From: Balanoglossus misakiensis
Lineage: Eukaryota > Animalia > Hemichordata
DNA length: 64,000 nt
Direction: 5' to 3'
NCBI GenBank assembly: GCA_040954595.2
Contig: CM082586.2
Location: 4,347,125-4,411,124 of the forward strand
Below, piece after piece: positions 59,063-64,000 of the stretch; positions within the stretch are counted from its first letter, which is position 1, and each line of letters begins with the position of its first letter. The translations under genes and the position numbers were made by a program. The notes under the pieces are model-generated. The model saw nothing but the letters and a program-made list of their open reading frames with translations, did no database searches and was not told where the DNA came from.

Positions 59063-59296
59063 TCCCCGGCTGAATTCATGACCCAGTTTAAAGGTATAGC
59101 TCTCATTGAGCGAGGTTTAAATTGGCTGAGGACGAGGTTGCATTTTCACCAATCGCCTTTTCCCTCTTTGTTTAACCAATCACTGCCTTAGTTACTCATC
59201 CTCAGGAGGAGGGAAAGTCCCGTAGCTCATTCGAGCGGGAACAGCCAGTGTGAGTGTTGCGCCCCACTCAGCTCTTTGCCCCACCCTCCCACCTCT
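59063..59296. other. Highly structured GC-rich element (retroelement terminal-repeat remnant or ncRNA)
   Basis: At least five complementary stem pairs and a duplicated TAGCTC-N4/5-GAGCG hairpin in otherwise AT-rich intergenic DNA; see findings. Confidence 0.45.
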
Positions 59297-59757
59297 TATT
59301 TATTTATTTATTTTTGTTGTTGCTGCAATGTAATATTTACTGCTTCATACATTATCACTGTGCATTTGTATTTGAAGCATTTGCTGCCTGCCTTTTTATT
59401 GGCAATTTTGTAAGTTCTGCCTCTTTCACAGGCCTGCTTTATGTATGACCGGGGGGGATTTCGTAGTATGTAAGGACTAAGGTCCAGTAGTTTAGTATTA
59501 AAGTTTACCCCCCAATGTTGACCCAACATCTGTGTTTTGTGTTTGCTTGCTCTTAAGAAAGTGAGGAGGAAGTGAGGTTTAAATCTAGTTCTCCCCGACC
59601 AGGTCATACAGGGCTTTGACCTTTCACCAGTGGAGTACAGAAACAAATGAACATAGCCATCCAAAGCGAGGCTGGTAGACATCTTGCCGGGTGCTCTGCA
59701 CGTACAGTACGGAAAACACCAGCCCAGCTGTAGTGAGTCGGGGTGAAAATTCTCAGA

Positions 59758-62700
59758 ATGCAGCGATCAGCGTGTGCCGTTAGCACGCTCAGTCGGATAC
59801 AGACTCTGTCGAGGGTGGCGAGAGGTCGATCATGTAGGGTTTTTGCCGTTCGGAGCGCTCACTTGTGCAGAACTGTAAGGTAAGCTCATCGTAACCGAGG
59901 GGGCCTGGCATGCACGGTGACACTGGCAGCATCTGATCATGGTCACGTCCCTGGCTAGCTCTTCACCAATTTGCCGATCTTTCCGTTGTGTTTCGAGAAT
60001 ACTAACATAGCAGTGTTCGTTTGGCCGTATGTGCACTTTTAACCGTGGTGCTTGATCTCGTCATCGTGGCTAACATGGCGAGAATGTGCGATCTCCAATT
60101 TCATGTTCGACGGAATACTTCTAACTTCCCATAGCTCAGGCTACAGTGTCAGTCCGTGATACATTGCAATGTAGAGAGAGAATTATGTAACATATAAAAT
60201 CACACACAGTCGGCCGATCCGCTATGTTAATGATGGTAATAAATCTATGTATATATGCAGTACAGCAATCAGGTCGTTCAACTTTAAAACTGGTACATGT
60301 ACATGTACATCATTCTGCTGCAATATACTAGTATATGTACATGTATGCCATCACATGACCGCTGACCCTGAGAATACTTTCACCCTTCGGAACCATGAAT
60401 GAGTATGTAAATGAGAGGCTGCCTCTACCATATCATAACTAAGTTTGTTGTTGTTGTTGTTGTTGTTGTACAGGTCGCCACTGCAAAGACCAGTGAAGTT
60501 CCAACTGTACAGAATCAACAATGTAGCACATGTACGATTTATCAGTTCAGGTAAGAGAAAAGGTTATCTCATTCCTTCTCGAGACCATCTAACTTGTGTC
60601 ATCAGGCCCTGTCATCTTTCTGTCAGCATATAAAAAAATGTCCTACATGGCTCCATATAAACACATTGTAATTTTTGTGTGTGTGTTTTTGTGTCTTCAG
60701 AGGAATTACCTCCTCATCATAAGGTTCCTCTGCCCGCGTTGTCACCAACCATGGAAACTGGAACGCTCTCAAGATGGGAAAAGAAGGTAGGCCACAGTAG
60801 TTTCTCACCACTACGGTACATGGTAATAGGCAAGTTGTTGTATGGTGATGTCAAACTGTGCAAACGTGGGTACCAGCTTTTATTAGCTGACACTTTCCAC
60901 TATGTTGACAATTCATTTTGGAACATTTATAGAATAATAGAAAAACACGTAGTAGACTATTGTCTGGAAGGAAGCACTTGTCATTTCAGTTGTAGTTGAC
61001 CATACAGTATGCGAAAATCAGAGACTGAGATGGGAGGACATCACAGTAAAGTAAAACCGTTGCTGAAACAGGTGTTGTGATTAAACTTAAGTACACTGTT
61101 GTGTAAAGTGATGCCATCGTTTCTCTTGCAATGATCAGATCGGTGATCGTGTCAGTGAGGGTGACGTTCTCGCCGAAGTCGAAACAGACAAAGCTACAAT
61201 GTCCATGGAAACACCGGAAGAAGGATATCTTGCCAAGATATTCATTGAAGGTGGGACTAAGGACATCCCAATAGGAAAGGTAACCATGTACAACATGTTT
61301 TTTTTTTCTAGCCTGATGCAACGTGAGTAGTGTATGCAGAATGAAATGTGACAATGAGGTCCCCAGGGCCCGGCAGAGTTGCTAACCCAGGTTGGATTTT
61401 GGGTTAAAAGCGCAAAGCTAATTTATTTAAATCAGTACTTTAATGTTATTTTTTCGCCTTCAGTTGTTGTGTATTTTGGCCGAGGAAGAGGGTGACGTGC
61501 CGGCATTCAAAGATTACGTTCCCGAAGAAGATCTTGGGGGTCCACCACCGTTGCCCAAGTCGCCCGCAGAACCCAAGGCATCTTCTCAAGCAGCTCCCGT
61601 GAGTACACGTTCCATTGGCTGGTTTTGGGTGACCCACTGGGGTCAGAGGTCAAAAGAACAAAAATACTGAAGACATAGTGAAAAGCTACAGCTTTAAAAT
61701 TTATAAGTTACAGAGTCTTTTGTTGTTTATGTTCCACTGCAATCCAGTATGTTGGATTTAAGTATAGAGTATGAGCGGAAGTCTTGAGCGATTTCTCTTG
61801 TTTACTTTTCAGCCACCACCGCCACCTCCAAGGCCAAGACCAATGGCAGTGCCACCACCAACACCACCAAGACCAACTCCACAGCTGGGCGGAACGTCCA
61901 TGCCAGTCTCCTCACCAGGGACAAGGATTCTAGCCAGCCCATACGCCAAGAAACTAGCCAAGGATAAAAACATTGATCTTGCGGTAATAACTTTTTTTTA
62001 ACCCCTTTCACCCCCAGTTCTATCTTCAGAGGTCCAACCTTACCATAGAAAGCAATGGGTTTGGACTGAACCATGGCGGTGAAAGGGTTAAATATTAAAG
62101 GGTCTTCATTGATACTTTTATAGCGTATTATCTTTTAGTGTCACAAGTATATGACTCATATTCATAATCGTGTTGTCTTCTGCAAGATGAGGCAAGAATT
62201 GTAACATTATTTCGTTTTGAATTCATCGACCGGATCAACAGCTGGTGCAAGGGTCTGGCCCGGGAGGAAGGATCGTCGCCCACGACGTCGAGAACTTCCA
62301 ACCACCGATTGCGGAAGCCCTGCCCACGGCACTACCAGTTGGCATCGGCACTGCGGCCGCCACTCCACCCCCACCACCAGCCACAACCGCATTTTCCGAT
62401 TTGGAACTCAGTAACATCAGAAAGGTGAGCTGGGATTGGTCAGGGAAGCTAGTCACCTGACTAGTCTGTGGCAATGAACGTATGTGGTTCTTGTGGGATA
62501 GTTGACTTATATTAACCTATTATTCCCAATGTGTATGTTATCATATATCTGTATTATAATATTTCTTGTGAAAATCTGTCAGCTGTGTATCACTAATGCG
62601 CATTTTGTGTCCCTTTACTCCTAGGTGATCGCAGGCAGATTGACGCATTCTAAACAGACAGTGCCTCACTATTATCTCACTGTGGACATCAGAATGGACG

Positions 62701-63797
62701 AAGTGCTAGAGTGAGTTTTAAATCAAATTATCAAGATGCAGGATTAAGTTTGACCTGTGGTAACTGTGTAACTAGAATAAGAGAGAAAGTTTCTTCCATA
62801 CTCCATCAAAGTCACTTAATTTAATCTGTACCTGTAGTGAAGTGTATGTTGATTTGTTGCTCATAAAAAGCATTGTATATATGTTTGTTTCAGACTTAGG
62901 AAAGAATTGAATGAAACGGTGAAGGAAGACGGTGTGAAGCTCTCTGTAAATGACTTTGTGGTCAAGGCAGCGGCACTCGCTTGTCTGAAAGTACCAGCGG
63001 TGAACTCGTCGTGGCAAGATACGTACATCAGAGAGTAAGTTTTTATGTTTCTTGCGTGTTTGTGTATTTGGAATATTGCCTACATTTCGTGTGTGTGTGA
63101 GTTAGGAGCAATCAGGTAGCAATCCTTTTCACACATATTGTACGGTGATCTGGTTTGAATTTCAGATATCACACAGTTGATGTCAGTGTGGCCGTCAGTA
63201 CAGACACTGGGCTTATAACACCAATCGTCTTCAACGCACATTCAAAGGTAAGCTTCTTGGTCTGTGAAGGCATACCATATATTTTTATTTGTAACTTTAG
63301 GAGTACCTTGCAAGAGCAGTTCAAAGTTTACCACAGAAGGTTCAACAAATGCATTCTTCTGGAGATTTGCTTGACAAAAACGCTCTGTCTCATTATTTCC
63401 TTTCAGGGCGTGGCTACCATCAGTCAAGAGACCAAAGCATTGGCAGAGAGAGCTAGGGAAGGAAAACTACAACCTCAAGAATTCCAAGTAATTATGATTT
63501 ATTACTTACGTACTTACTGACTTAATTATGTATTTACTTAATACTCAATACTTCCCTGACAGGGCATGGCTTGCCATGTTGCATAGAACCCAAATGAATA
63601 ATTCTTGTGGAAAACCCAGTGCTTAATCTCCTGATGTTTGACATCTTGCCATTGCAGGGTGGTACCTTTACAATCTCCAACCTTGGCATGTTCGGCATTA
63701 AGCACTTCACGGCGATTATCAACCCCCCTCAAGCCTGTATATTAGCTGTAGGCGCATCGCAGAGGACGCTCGTTGTGGACGAGGACAGCGAACAAGG
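59758..63797 (+). CDS. DLAT: Dihydrolipoamide acetyltransferase (PDH E2), mitochondrial; 3' end beyond the window
   Basis: Exons 59758-59879 (Arg-rich presequence), 60474-60550, 60701-60786, 61139-61279, 61464-61598, 61813-61983, 62242-62424, 62625-62710, 62894-63034, 63166-63247, 63407-63487 and 63658-63797. Motifs: [11 protein letters not shown], lipoyl [10 protein letters not shown]3/E1-binding ASPYAKKLA...[25 protein letters not shown] and [13 protein letters not shown]...[14 protein letters not shown]. Confidence 0.96.
61998..62091. mobile_element. Very short piggyBac-like MITE in a DLAT intron
   Basis: TTAA-cccctttcacccccag ... catggcggtgaaaggg-TTAA: ~14-bp TIRs with TTAA on both sides, 94 bp in total. 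Confidence 0.75.
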
Positions 63798-63877
63798 GTG
63801 AGTGTGTTAATATCTCTGGAGATCTAGCCAATCCCTGATTTTCACTGGAGGGCCAACAGATAATCAGACAATTCATG

Positions 63878-63962
63878 CAACAGTATACACATATTGACTG
63901 GTCATGAAACAGACTATACTGTTACATTACCCTCATGACCAGTCAATATATGTATACTGTTG
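63878..63962. repeat. Near-perfect 30-bp inverted repeat (foldback/MITE-like hairpin) in a DLAT intron
   Basis: 63878-63907 caacagtatacacatattgactggtcatga pairs with 63933-63962 with one mismatch; the 25-nt spacer contains aacag/ctgtt. Confidence 0.85.
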
Positions 63963-64000
63963 ATATATGTTGCACTCTCGTTTTATCAAAAATAGTCAGC

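Noticed and set aside
59063-59296. RNase MRP/P, telomerase RNA or hammerhead ribozyme identity for the structured element
   Set aside because: No CR-V/P4 partner, no CTAACCCT template, and no properly placed GAAA core; kept only as an unclassified structured element.

Overview
Intron-rich eukaryotic (metazoan) genomic DNA. Gene content, the repeat families and mosaic CpG depletion point to a marine invertebrate, plausibly a non-vertebrate deuterostome; this is inference and the species cannot be determined. I reconstructed ten spliced genes by hand with GT-AG, phase-consistent exons. In order: 3' end of ALDH8A1 (+); a ZnT2/3/8-type zinc transporter with an 11.4-kb first intron (+); an SLC16/MCT-type transporter (-); hydroxylysine kinase (+); pyrroline-5-carboxylate reductase (-); mitochondrial ATPase inhibitor IF1 (-); a GPI-anchored 12-Cys Ly6/uPAR protein (+); a Mesh/SUSD2-like NIDO-IPT-AMOP-VWD-2xSushi membrane protein (-); LKAAEAR1 (+); and most of DLAT, which has a single lipoyl domain (+). 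Non-coding DNA carries several MITE-like elements, microsatellites and one highly structured ~230-nt element. There is no CRISPR array or rRNA and no recognisable tRNA or miRNA. No clearly new biological system is demonstrable from sequence alone. The best leads are the structured element at ~59.1 kb, the candidate alternative first exons of the ZnT gene, an in-frame 203-codon upstream extension of the Mesh-like gene, and two functionally suggestive gene neighbourhoods (MCT-HYKK-PYCR and Ly6-Mesh).
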